In this document: one piece after another, positions 50,875 to 64,000 of the stretch
Layout of the letters: each line of letters opens with the position of its first letter
Position numbering within the stretch: position 1 is the stretch's first letter
Assembly (NCBI RefSeq): GCF_006345805.1
Contig: NC_043009.1
Location: 56,048,001 to 56,112,000, forward strand
Direction of reading: 5' to 3'
DNA from: Octopus sinensis
Taxonomy: Eukaryota
Length of the DNA stretch: 64,000 bases
Made by a program: the position numbers and the translations under genes
The notes under the pieces: generated by a model
The model's database searches: none
The model's input: only the letters and a program-made list of their open reading frames with translations
Told to the model about the DNA's origin: nothing

Positions 50875-50894
50875 TTTAATTGAAAATGCATTTA
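50875..50894 (-). CDS. Candidate 20-nt microexon (x-NAFSIK, phase 1/0)
   Basis: acceptor TTGTTTTCTTTTCACAG, donor GTATGT. Confidence 0.35.
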
Positions 50895-52598
50895 CTGTGA
50901 AAAGAAAACAAAGGACAATATTTTATATATGAACAAGTCTAGCTGTAAACAGAATTCTCAGTTTACATTCCTTTTAACACATACAAAGATACAAGGGTAG
51001 AAGGAGCCTTTTTCTTATTATGTAACACACCCTTTTTAACAGTAAACACTCAATCATTTTGGATTAGATTGGATTGCCCATGCTCAGTCCACTGCAGGGT
51101 AGATACCCCCAGCATGTTCCCTCCACCAGAGAATGGCTTGAGATCATACAGGTTTGATGAGCCTCCTCTGCCACACTGGCTTAACATGGTTTGAAAGTGG
51201 GATGCAGTTTTTTAATATTCATACCCAAGAATAGTTAAGTTGATTACATCAACCCGAGTGCTCAACTGGGAGTTATTTTATCAACCCCGAAAGTATAAAA
51301 GGCAAAGTCGACCCTCGGCAGAATTTGAACTCAGAATGTAAAGACAAACAAAATAGCACTAAGCATTACATTCAGCATGCTAACAATTCTGCCAACTCAC
51401 CACCTATCATAAAGTGAAATTAATTTTTGTAGCAACAAGCATGGTTGTGTGGTTAAGAAGTTTACCACATGGCTTTGAGTTCTGTTCCATTGTGCAGCAT
51501 CTTGGGCAAAGGTCTTATACTATAACAATGAGCAAACCAATGCCTTGTAAGGGAATTTGGTAGATGGAAACTGAAAGAAGCCTATTGTATGAGTCTCTGT
51601 ACATTTCTTATCTACTATCTTTTATTTGTTTCAGTCATTGAACTGCAGTCATACTGGAGCACCATCTTCAAAGGTTTTAGTAAACAAAACCCAGTACTTA
51701 TCCTATTGTTCCCCTTTTCTGAACCACTTAGTCATAGGGATGCAAACAAACCAACACCAGCTGTCAAGTGGTGAAGGACAAACAGAAAAGCACACCTACA
51801 TGCACACAGACACACACACACACACACACATACTGCACTTGAGTTCCTCTGGAATAAAAATTCTCTTGTGATGTAAAAAAAAAAAAAGGCAAGAGTTGGC
51901 AACAGAAAAGCATCCAGTTATAAAAACCCAATCCCAAGTACCTATCCACCTAATCTTTGCTAGTATGGGAAAACAGGCATTCAAACAAACACTGTCAAAC
52001 AACAAACACTTTACCATAAAGTGAAACCAATTAATATCTCCATGTTGAGCAGATTTTCGTAAGACATCAATGCCAACACATGGATCTCATTATTTATTCC
52101 TTTGCAAGGGCTTTAGGCATATATGAAGTTTGTTTATTGCAAACAACAAAAAATCAGAGCTATGCTACAATTTAATATATGTATATATATAGGCTGTTAT
52201 GATACATTAGGACTTTGTTACAATGAACATTCATATAATGACTGACATAATTGCAGATTTTTTCCAGAAAAACTTTAGAAGGGGGAAATTAGCTCAACCC
52301 TGTTTCACTAATTGTTTTCTTTTACACATTGATAGAATTTAATTCACAAATTTCCACAAGTTCTGTAACTCGATCAGTCTCATTAAAGCACCACCAGAAA
52401 TGAACAACAACAACAATAATAATAATCCTTTCTACTATAGGCTCTAGGCCTGGAGTTTTGGGAGAGGGGGTTAAGTCAATTACATCAACCCCCAGTACTC
52501 AACTGGTACTTAATTTATCAACCCTGAAAGGATGAAAGGCAAATTCAACCTCAGCAGAATTTGAACTCAGAACATGAAGATGGGCAAAATGCTTATGT

Positions 52599-53101
52599 AT
52601 GATAAAAAAATATTCAGACAAATACATAACAAATACACCAGGTCTTACAAATATATACAACATACAGAAAATTGCACTACTGGGCACTGCACACATCCTA
52701 TGCAAAACACTTTCAATACAGTAACCATAAGAGCATCACAGTAAAACACAGCACATACCCAAGGCATACAGAGCTGCACTTGGTAGTGAAGTGAAAGCAC
52801 GTTATAAAAATAAAACTATTGAATAATAATAATAGTAGTAGTAGTCTATGTAATCTCAAATTTTAAAACAAACTTATAATTTTCTTAAGTTTTCTTAAAC
52901 ATTCTCTAGAACAATACTATATGAAAAACCAAATATATGACACTCTAGGCATAACACCAACTTGAACTTCTAACTTCTAACTTGTTTATCTCTTGAGGTT
53001 TCTGGGTGAGACTTGGAGTCAACTTGTACAAATACAAAGCATAAGTCAAAGATATAATAATAATAATAATAAAAATAATAATAATGATAATAATGATGAT
53101 G

Positions 53102-53149
<48 letters not shown>

Positions 53150-53525
53150 GTGCTTTCTTAATGTATCAATAACCAACAGATGATAAAGTATCTCTAAAAG
53201 AAATGGAGAAACTCTCAAAATACAAAGATCTGGAAATGGAGGTAACCTGAATATGGAGTCTAAAAACAATCCCTACAATAACAAGTGCATTAGATGTGGT
53301 TAAAAAAATCATTTAGACAAATACATAACAAAAGCACCAGGGCTTACAAGTATATATAACATACACAAAATAGCACTACCAGGCACTGTGCACATCCTAC
53401 AATAAGTACTTTCAATACAATGAAAATAAGAGCACCACAGCACATACCCAAGGCACACAGAGCTGCGCTCAGTAGTGCAGTGAAAGCACATGATAAAAAT
53501 AAGACTACTGAATAATAACAATAAT
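52599..53525 (+). mobile_element. Cluster of R4/Dong-like non-LTR 3' ends separated by (AAT)n
   Basis: DKYIT..PGL..IYNIQKIALLGTAHIL (twice); KEMEKLSKYKDLEMEV RLE relic; each end runs into AAT repeats. Confidence 0.8.
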
Positions 53526-55191
53526 AATGATGATGATGGTCTCAAATTTTGGCACAAGGCCAGCAATTCCTGGGAAGGGGTAAGTCAATTACATTGACCC
53601 CAGTGCTCAAGTGGTACTTATTTTATTGACCCTGTAAGGATGAAAGGTAAAGTCAACCTCGGCAGAATTTGAACTCAGAACATAAAGATGGACAAAATTC
53701 TGCTGCACATTCTACCCAGCATGCTAATGATTCTGCCAGTTCGCAGCCATAATAATAATAATAATAATAGTAATAATAAACAGTGCTTACTTTATAAACT
53801 ACGAAGGTTGACAAAAACATGGAGGGCGGTAATAATAACAACACAATAATTAATAAACACAAAACAACTCTAACAGCAGCAACATTTTCCATCCTAGGCA
53901 TCTGTTAATAGAATAATCTATCCAAGAAAGAGAGTAACCCAATTCCGGTTTTGCACATGGGAAGCTCCTCAACTGTTGCAGTTGAAGCACTAGATGATTA
54001 ATGGCAAACACTCATTATTTTCTGTTCAGGTAACTAAGTTCTCTTTAAGTGTGATTTAGCATCCAATCCCTCGCAATACAAAATATGTTATTTCTGTCAA
54101 TGACCCTGCAATCACAACAAGCAATTGTTTCAGTTCACACTAACACTGCAATAAAAATCTGCACAAGATATAAACCTATCTATAACTACTACCAACCTTA
54201 CTTTGTCTTACCCTTTCTTTCTTTATTTTTCAGAAACCGAGAATCAGTACATTTCTCTTTCTCTGTCTATAACCTATTATAGCTCAATAAAATTTTTTAA
54301 TAATACCACCCAGCTTTGAAAAGACACAGTGTGATATTATTTTTCATCCAAGCTAACTATCAGCCTACCAAAAACATGGATTTTTATCTAAAGGAAAGAT
54401 TTTCTCTAAGACTCAGTGACCATGACTATTTGTTGTCAGTGTATCCAACTTATTACCAGCCCACTGAAGAGGAAAAAATATTAGGTTATAAAAGCTAGAA
54501 TGATACCAAATATATTTTCATAAATTTCAATAAGAGGCAAAAATATAAAATTCAACTTATTTCTTTTCATTTGTCATGCAATATACTGAAATACAATCCT
54601 TATCTACACATTAATATACCAACAAAGTATTTCAAATAAAATTTACAATCAACTGAACTGTGATACTTATTGGATTAGCATATAAGTGGCTGAGTATTCA
54701 TAGATACATGTACCCTTCACCTTTTAAGCATTCAGATTACTCAATAAAATCTAATGCTTATTTATTCACATTATTTTGGAGCTTCAAGATTTCAATGATT
54801 TGAGTGTTCATTTTTAGAATGACAATATATAGTAGGCATGAGAGCCTGGATTTGGCTGGTTTGAACATAAAACATGTAGAACATTTGGGCCGGATATGGG
54901 ACATTTAAATGCTAAAGAATTAGCATAATTCGTGTACATAATCAGTACAACAAAGTTTGATAAGTTTGGTGCTTTCAGTTACATGTACACTCCATCTGAT
55001 GAGCTTCCACAGTTTCCATCTACCTAACTTTACTCACAAGGCATGGGTCAACTAAAGAGTATAGAAAATTATGCTTGCCCAAGATGCCATGTAGTGGGAT
55101 CAAACTAGTAATCTCATGATTATGAAGTGAAATTCTTATCCAAACTCCAAACTACACTTACAGACTAATATACTGAAGTCCTTTGGCTAAT

Positions 55192-55412
55192 GTAAGCGGG
55201 TGCTGAAAATTTCCTGGTGTTAAGAATATCACAAAAGGCCTGGTTGGAGGCCCAACCTTCCAAGTTCTTCTACAGGGATTAGAAAAACTGAAGGACTGCT
55301 GCAATAAGTATGTGAATCTGAGAGGGGAATAGACTGAATAAAATCATAATTAACTAATCCTCCTGTATTTTCTTTTACCCAAAGCCAAATACTTTTCAGC
55401 ACTTCCTCAAGT
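55192..55412. mobile_element. Mariner-type MITE (opposite-orientation copy of 20319-20536)
   Basis: reverse-complement similarity and TIR relics. Confidence 0.7.
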
Positions 55413-56269
55413 ACACACACACATATATATATATATAAATAAATAAATATAGATATAATCTTAAAAGATAACTGAGCATGTTAACCAATATATTATGTGC
55501 AGAGTAAAAGCTAGCAATGAATAATAGTAAAGGTATCTCAGAAAATCCTCCACTTTCCTACCACAATCATAAACTATTGTACACTGAAATGCATTACTTC
55601 ACTGACATTCCATCACAGACATCACCACGGACAAATTTAAGGTGACCATCAAATTTTCATCTACTTTGTTGCACTGAGTTCTTTATAACCACGTGACTCC
55701 TGTAACACCATTGGTACTAACCAGCTGATAACTTTGCTTATGGTATTAGTGAAGACATGATGGTTAGAGTGTTGGGCTCATGATCATCTAGTGGTAGGTT
55801 CAACTCATGAACCAAACAGTGCATTGAGTCCTTAAGTAAAGCACTTTATTTCATGTTGTTCCATTCTACTCAACTGGAACGAGTACCAGTCGAGTGCTGG
55901 CACAGACCCCCTCTGTGTCTCTCTACCAATGAATATGTAAGCACTTAAAACAATTAGCAAAAGTATGGTACATGCTACCACACTACATGCTACATAATAG
56001 CTTGTGAGTCATGGCTATGAATTAATGAAGTTCACCACAATCTCAAGAAAGAAGTCAAAAACACCTAGTATTTGTTTATGCTATGCTTTTGTTTCTACCA
56101 TAACCTCCACACCTTCAACAACAAATTTCCAGAACCTTTTTCGATACCAACCTGCAAGACTGCTGCTGGTTCTATGATAACAAATTTGTTGTTTTGAAGT
56201 GATCTAAATTAAAATTTCCCTTCAAAAATTTGTGCAAATTTACATAGCAAACATTATCTATATCAGTTA

Positions 56270-56670
56270 ATCTTTTGTTTTAGTCATTAGACTGTGGCCA
56301 TGCTGGGTTGCCACCTTGAAGAATTGTAGTTGAACTTATCGACCCCAGCACTTACTATATTTTTGTATAGCATAGTACTTATTCTATCGGTCCCTTTTGC
56401 TGAACAGCTAAGTTAGGGGACATAAACACACCCACACCAGTTGTCAAGTGGTGGTGGGTGGACAAACACGGACACAAAGATACATGTACACACACACACA
56501 CACACACACATATATTCAGCAGGTTCCATTCAGTTTCCATCTACCAAATCCACTCACAAGGCTTTAGTTAGCCTAAGGTTATAAGACAAGACACTTGCCC
56601 AAGGTGCCATGCAGTGGAACTGAACCCAGAACCATGTAGTTGGGAAGCAAACTACTTACCACAGAGCCAC
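56270..56670 (-). mobile_element. SINE family B, CpG-decayed
   Basis: full-length reverse match. Confidence 0.8.
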
Positions 56671-57539
56671 ACCAGCACTTAGTAACAGCAACATTATTTA
56701 ATTATACTCAATATTTCCAAAATTAATTGAGACAGAGTGAATGTATTTTAACTCAGATATGGTAGCAAAAGGGTTAAAAAAGAAGAAAATAAACATCTTT
56801 ATCTGTATAGGTTAGCCTATTTTTATCCTTATCTCTAGAGTCAAGACACTAAGTTCTGTTCTATTATTTGTAAACTGGGAAATTTAATTCAGATTGTTTG
56901 CTTTTTCTCTCAAGCTATGCGACAAAAATAAAAGACTATGCGAAGGTCACAAGTGATGAAATAGATACTGCACACCATTTTTCTATTCATTAGAATATAC
57001 CTTAATGGTTAAGCAATCTCCAAAAACAATGGTAGTGATAAAACTATACCTACTTCTCAGTTAATGTATTAAGTTCAAGATAAAAACTTGAAGAATATGT
57101 AAACATGAAATATATAACAAAACAGAGACAGAAAAATAAAGACACAAAAATGACTATACATATATATATAAAACAAAAATGAAATAAGAAATACTTTAAT
57201 AGCAGTGCAACATATGAAAGTTATTTGACATCCCAGAGGAGTAACTGATGGAATAACATGATTCACTCTTAGCAATGAAGGAAACCATTTGGATAGACAG
57301 TCCAAAATATATTCTTCAGAATAAGATTTTTGTTTTCCTTGGTCTTGAAATAAGCAGTACTGGTAGTGGTGGGTGGTAGTTGTGGTAGCAGAAGCAGCAT
57401 CTAGATAACGTCATGCAAGAGACCAATAGGAATTTATACTATTGAAGTCCCTTCAATAGAGCTCTGAGGTGATTGAGAACATACAACCATACGGTTTACC
57501 TCTAGCTGCACTGATACATAATACAAAAATACTTTACAC

Positions 57540-57975
57540 ACACAAGGCACAATGAATAAATTGTTGTCTATGCAAAAGTGAAAATAACAATGACATCTCA
57601 TTTTAACAGATATATTTACCAAAATTACATAAAAAATATCTTGAAAAACTAAAGAGTAAATTTATTGAATAAAATCGCCACTGGCTTCAACCATGGCCTC
57701 CGGATGACTTCAGAATCTTCTGCAACTCCTAGATGGTTTCCCTGTTTAAATTGATGAATGCAGTCATAATCCTTGCCTTCAGTTCATCTTTGGTGTTACA
57801 AGAGGTTCTGTTGGTCTTTTGCACAACTGCGCCCCACATATAATAATCAAGGAGGTTGCAGTCTGGGGTGTTAGGTGGCCAGATGTTAGTGGTGATGTGG
57901 TAAAAAAAATTGTCTGACAGCCATGACTGGGTTCTCCTGTTTGTGTGACATGGTGCGGAGTCCTGTTGCTAGACA
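57540..57975 (-). mobile_element. maT/DD37D-like mariner transposase 3' relic with TIR remnant
   Basis: QQDSAPCHT...WPPNTPDCNLLDYYMW...KDELKARI...EASGDFI*. Confidence 0.85.
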
Positions 57976-57984
57976 TAAATACAT

Positions 57985-58025
<41 letters not shown>

Positions 58026-59789
58026 CCCATGCTAGCATGGAAAGCGGACGTTAAATGATGATGATGATATACATATACGATGGACTTCTTTTAGTTTCTG
58101 TCTACCAAATCCACTCACAAGGCTTTGGTCGGCCTGAGACTATGGTAGAAGACACTTGCCCAATGCTCAAGGTGTCATGCAGTGGGAATGAACCCAGAAC
58201 CATGTGGCTGGGAAGCAAGCTTCTTACCACACACATACACTGGACCTATTTAAGTTTCTGTCCACCAAAACTATTTGCAAAGCTTTGGTCAGCACAGAGT
58301 TATAATAGAAGGTGGACTGAAACCAGAACCTTGTGATCTGGAAGCAAACTCCTTACCACACACCAACGTCTGCACATAAATAATACATTGATGTTGATAC
58401 AATCATCTTTATTCAACGCCTCTCCACAAAATTTTGGTTTTGCTTGAGTTCAAAACCATTAATAACAATGGAAACAGAAAAAAAACTGAAACTAGTTACA
58501 CTGATAGAACATAGGGGCAAAGGTGATGTAGACATCTTGTAAACATTTGACAACTTTAAACATTCACTTTGTGTTTTTGTTTTGTTATTTTTTAAAGTAA
58601 ATCTAACCACAGACTAAATAACATTAAACTGACAGTAGCCAGTCATTGTCCTGTCAATAGACAATAGTCAGAAATCCATTGAATCTATTGATAATCTTGA
58701 TGACATAGCAGCTATAGGTTCATATAAGATTCATATCTGTCACTCACTGCTTGCCTCTTCTCTTTATTTTCACCCACAAAAGATAAATATAACAGCCCTT
58801 AATTCTATTATAAAGAAGACAAATAAAATAATCCTTAACCCTCCTGTATCTGGAAAGCAACAAATTGGCAGAGTTGTTAGAGTAATGAATAAAGTGTTTC
58901 ATGGTATTTGTTCTGACTCTGTGCACTGTGAGTTGAAGTCATGCCAAGGTCAAATTTGCCTTTCATCCTTTCAGGGTCGATAAAAAAAAGTAGCAATCCA
59001 GAGCAAAGTGTAGATAGAACTATGAGAAAGCTGAACAGGATGTTGTGTAGTATCAGTTCTGGCTCTATGCATCCTGATGGCAACACTTGCAATGACATAA
59101 GTGCTTAGCCCTACTGACCCAAGTCAACAGTGCTTCCCTTGGATTAACATTGGTGGTGCAGAGTGGAGAGAGTTGCATGTATGGACAAACATGTACAGAT
59201 GTGTAGTCACTAATGATCGATGAAGGCCGAGAGAGAGAGTGAGAGAGAGGTGGGGAGAGAGCTTGATGTATAGTAGAGTTTTGAAGAACTGCTTCAACAT
59301 AAGAGAGAATAAAAAAAAGCTACTTTGTCTAACTTAATATATCAACAATCACTGAGTCAACAACATGGATATGTATTATAAACACTGTAAATAATAGCAT
59401 GGGATTTATCTTAAAAGAAAAATACCCCAATGGTCACCATTAATGGTCATAGTGTTGATTTAATTCCCAAGCTTAGTTTTCAATCAATGACCATCTTCTG
59501 CCAGTTGTGGTTCTTTCAAATGAGGGTGTTAAAGATATGTTAAGGAGCGATATGGTTGACAAATCAAAAAATGTTTGCAGAACTTGGCTTAATAACTTGT
59601 AAATGCCACAGATGTAAGGAATTCCTGCCATTAGCTTTAAGTTTCAGCTTTCAGTTAAAAGAAACAAAGGCCAAGAGGGAATTAACAACCGTTATTGTCA
59701 AGAATCTCGCATAACTGAATTCAGTAAGACAACACATACACTGCCCATAATAATAATAGTTACAACAACAATAACAATAATAATAATAA

Positions 59790-61168
59790 TAATAATAATT
59801 TCACATTTTAGCAAAGAGCCAGCTGTTTTTTTGAGGGGTGAGGGCTAGTTGATTACACTGACCTCAGTTCTTGATTAGTACCTATTTTATCAGCCCCAAA
59901 AGAATGGAAGGCAAAGTCAACCCCAGCAGAATTTGAACTCTGAACATATATACAGATGAAATGCCACTAAGCATTTTACCTGGCATGCTAATGAGTCAGC
60001 CAGCTAGCCACCTTAATAATAATAAAAATCTTTTCAACTATAAGCACAAGACCTGAAATTAGAGGGCGGGGGGGCATTAACCCCCAGTGCATAACTGGTA
60101 CTTATTTCATCAACCTGAAAAAGAATGAAAGGCAAAGCCAACAGCAGTGGAATTTGAACTCAGAACATAAAGATGGATAAAATCCCACTAAGCATTTTGC
60201 TTGGAATGCTAATGATTCTGCCAGTTCACCACCTTAAAAATAATAATAATGATAATAATAATTCCAAATTTTTGTCACAAGGGCAGCTTGGGGGAGGTGG
60301 GGATGAGTTGATTACACTGACCCCAGTGTTCAACTGGTAGTTAATTTATCGAACTTCCCCGCCAAAGGATGAAAGGCAAAATTGACCTCAGTGGAATTTG
60401 AACTCAGAACTAAGCATTTGGTTAGGCATACTAACAATTCTGCCAGCTCACCACCTTACATCATAATAATAATAATAATAATAATAATTTCACATTTTAG
60501 CAAAGAGCCAGCTGTTTTTTTGAGGGGTGAGGGCTAGTTGATTACACTGACCTCAGTTCTTGATTAGTACCTATTTTATCAGCCCCAAAAGAATGGAAGG
60601 CAAAGTCAACCCCAGCAGAATTTGAACTCTGAACATATATACAGATGAAATGCCACTAAGCATTTTACCTGGCATGCTAATGAGTCAGCCAGCTAGCCAC
60701 CTTAATAATAATAAAAATCTTTTCAACTATAAGCACAAGACCTGAAATTAGAGGGTGGGGGGGCATTAACCCCCAGTGCATAACTGGTACTTATTTCATC
60801 AACCTGAAAAAGAATGAAAGGCAAAGCCAACAGCAGTGGAATTTGAACTCAGAACATAAAGATGGATAAAATCCCACTAAGCATTTTGCTTGGAATGCTA
60901 ATGATTCTGCCAGTTCACCACCTTAAAAATAATAATAATGATAATAATAATTCCAATTTTTTGTCACAAGGGCAGCTTGGGGGAGGTGGGGATGAGTTGA
61001 TTACACTGACCCCAGTGTTCAACTGGTAGTTAATTTATCGAACTTCCCCGCCAAAGGATGAAAGGCAAAATTGACCTCAGTGGAATTTGAACTCAGAACT
61101 AAGCATTTGGTTAGGCATACTAACAATTCTGCCAGCTCACCACCTTACATCATAATAATAATAATAAT
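59790..61168. repeat. Near-identical 689-bp tandem duplication; each unit has three old minus-strand SINE A copies separated by (AAT)n
   Basis: TCACATTTTAGCAAAG at 59801 and 60490; only about two differences seen. Confidence 0.92.
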
Positions 61169-62228
61169 GCTTGTAGTTTACATGGAAGTCTTGATGCTAC
61201 ATTCCTGGATCAGTCTCTGAATATGAAGCTATATTTACATGAAAATTCCACAAGGTATTTTAGAAAACAAATTTTTTTTCTTTTCTATTTTTTTGTTATT
61301 CCTATGAGGTCAATAAGACCTTCAAAGACTAATTCAATTACTTGATGTATAATTAATTTTAGAGGTCTGCTTATTTCAGATTCAATTTTGTAACTTACAA
61401 GACTGAACACTGGCATGTCACAGAAGTGACAATCCAAATTCAACTTTAAAAAATTTCAACATATGTTGTTTGTTTGGTTTGGTTTTCGTTTTTTGCATTT
61501 TGTTTTCCTTTCAGATAAAATTTTTCCCCCATTTGGTTTAGGAATTTAATTGCCTTCATGTGTTTACGGAAGTTATAAAACTTTAGAAATATTTGTCTCT
61601 TTTTTCATACCACAACATATATCAAAAAAAACCTTTTAAAGCAGCAAGCTGTTTATAGCTTCCCTCTTTTCTCTTTCTTCATAGATCAGAACCTCCCATC
61701 CCAAATCACCATATGTCCCCAAAGAATTTTAAACAAAAACACAAAAATCTAACAGCAGGCAAAGTTAAACTAATCTTGATTGTCCCCAATTGATTAGCTA
61801 GAATAACAACAAAACAGAAACCAGTCAAATTAGATAGCTAGTATAGAAATTTATATTTTTTTATGCTTTAGGAAGCTTATAAATAAATTCAAGAGGGCCA
61901 ATGGCATAAATTTGGATAAAGAAACTCAAGAATGATATATTAAATGACAGTATGTGAAAAATTCTCAGTTAACTGAAATTTCCTTTGGACTAAAGAAAGA
62001 AAACAAAAGCCTAGCAGTAACTGGTAGTAATACCCACAGAAAAAAATGAGAAGATAATTTCAAGAAACCAAAAACCAATTTCAGAAAATTTGCTTAAAGG
62101 AAAATCTGACCTTTGCAGGCATGTTTCTGACTATTTTGACCATATCAGCATAGTATGGCTTACACAAGCCCCTTTTTTTGAGGAGGGTTACAATTTTTTT
62201 TAGTCAGTATGAAAAACCTACACAACTC

Positions 62229-62275
<47 letters not shown>

Positions 62276-64000
62276 AACTATCTTGATTCTCGAAAGGTAG
62301 TAATTGTATTGCCGAAAGGGATCAGTTTATAGCATTGTGCTTTTGGAAGCAGAATAATCTTAGATAATTCTTATCCAATCTATGTCACTATGGAAAAAGC
62401 AGATGTAGAAATGATGACAACAATGATCTTGATGGTGATGATAAACTTAATGAGTAAATTTCAGATATTCTAAATTGCACTATAATAATATTTATTTCCT
62501 TCACAGATCCATGGGATTTTTTAATTCGGACATCGGAAAAATGTTTTTCTTCTAATGAAGAGAAAAAGTGAGAAGGGAAGGAATGAGGAAGTGAGTGAAA
62601 ATGTGTGCAAACATATATGATTCATCATCATCATTTAACGTCTGTTTTCCATGCTAGCATGGGTTGGATGGTTCAACCAGGGTCTGGGAAGCCAAGAGGC
62701 TGCACCAGGCTCCAGTCTGATCTGGCAGTGTTTCATAAAAAGCGCAATAGTTTAATGGAGTTGGACAACCCAAAAGAAATTCTCCCATAAGATACAGCTG
62801 TAGCGTACTCAACTTAGGTGGTAAAAAACTGGTTGTAGATAATGTAGTGACAGTGGCAAGAGTCTAGAGAAATTTAGAACATAACCTGTATTCCTACAAA
62901 CATTAATTTTACTGGTAGAATTTAGTTTTGAATCAGCAATAAAGACATATGAATAGAGTATATTCATCAAGGATAAGTGGGGTAAATAAGACAGAAAATA
63001 GATAAGTATTTCTATGTTAACTTGTTATACTTCAAAATTAAAAGAAGTATTTGTTTTTCTACACAGACTTGTACATACATTGCAAACTATATACAGATGT
63101 GAAGATGATACACATCTAGACAAATAAACTAGACACTCATTATTTATGAGAGAGAGGAAGATACAGTTGAGCCAGCTAGAAAGACAAATATTGTTCACAC
63201 AAAGAAAACAGTTTTAGTTAAAGCCTAAATCTTAACAAAATAACTGTTTTGTTGTAAGCTGATATTTTCATAAGATTACATACATCAACTTTTGAAAGTA
63301 AAATGCAAGGACAAAATCTGTTAAAATCTTTTATGTTAATTTTTCTCTTCAAGCATACAGGTACAAGAATGACTTAAATCTTCAATATTAACTTTTATCC
63401 TTTGGGTTTCTATCTGCAAACATACAGAAGTTGTTGAGACAGCAACTATTTGGCAGTCTGACACTTTAACTGAAGTTCAACTATGTTGACTAACAGAAGC
63501 ATACAAAGTGTCAGGACATCAAATCAGTGTGTATTTCCTTTTCCATTTGAGAGCCTGAGGAAGAGTTACAGAGCAGATAATTTTTTCAACACTTTTGTCG
63601 ACAGTGGGATAGGCAACAAGTTATGTCAGCATAATAATGAGCAATTTTAAGTATCAGAAAGGTACTGTTCATATTGGTGTTGGTGATCTATCATATGGAC
63701 ATGGTTTAAGTTTAGGCACAGTCTAGAATGTGTCTGCATGAATTTGTTCACTGCACACAGATTTTTGACTTATTAAATTACACTGAAGAGTTACTATAAT
63801 ATTTAGGAAAGAAGGGCCTGTAGTAATTATTGCTAAAGAGATAGTATGGCCAGCAAGATTAAGGATGTGACTTTTCTTCTAAGAAGACCAAACCTTCAAC
63901 AAATTCTTCAAGTACCACTTGAAGCATAAAGAAATACTGTACTCCAGTAAATTACATGGAAGGTGAGAGTCAGTAGTAGAGAATATGACCTGGAGGGAAA

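Noticed and set aside
53900-63440. Additional minus-strand acceptor-plus-short-ORF candidates (about 54.0, 54.1, 54.5, 57.5, 62.6, 63.4 kb)
   Set aside because: Each has only one plausible splice site or a very short frame; expected by chance in AT-rich introns.

Overview
AT-rich, repeat-dominated animal genomic DNA with no prokaryotic features. The tRNA-derived SINE families and microsatellite load look like Octopus (inference). About 1-41 kb is CpG-retaining intergenic sequence. It holds SINEs (labelled A-D here), LINE relics (CR1-group, Tx1, HERO), Penelope-like element (PLE) relics, hAT/Tc1/mariner relics, MITEs and a Helitron. About 41-64 kb is CpG-depleted and A-rich on +, consistent with the 3' body of an unidentified minus-strand gene with several candidate small and alternative terminal exons. 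Most ORFs in the track are microsatellite translations. The most interesting signal is a set of minimal type-I hammerhead-ribozyme folds of the PLE kind, several at the axis of long palindromes. Their cores vary at the 3:8 tertiary pair (G3-C8, U3-A8, C3-G8) and most carry one extra nucleotide after A9. Also notable are multimeric SINEs (2-mer, 5-mer) each bounded by a single target-site duplication (TSD), and a sharp CpG-decay boundary near 41.1 kb. All folds and alignments were done by eye; none of the ribozymes is shown to be active.
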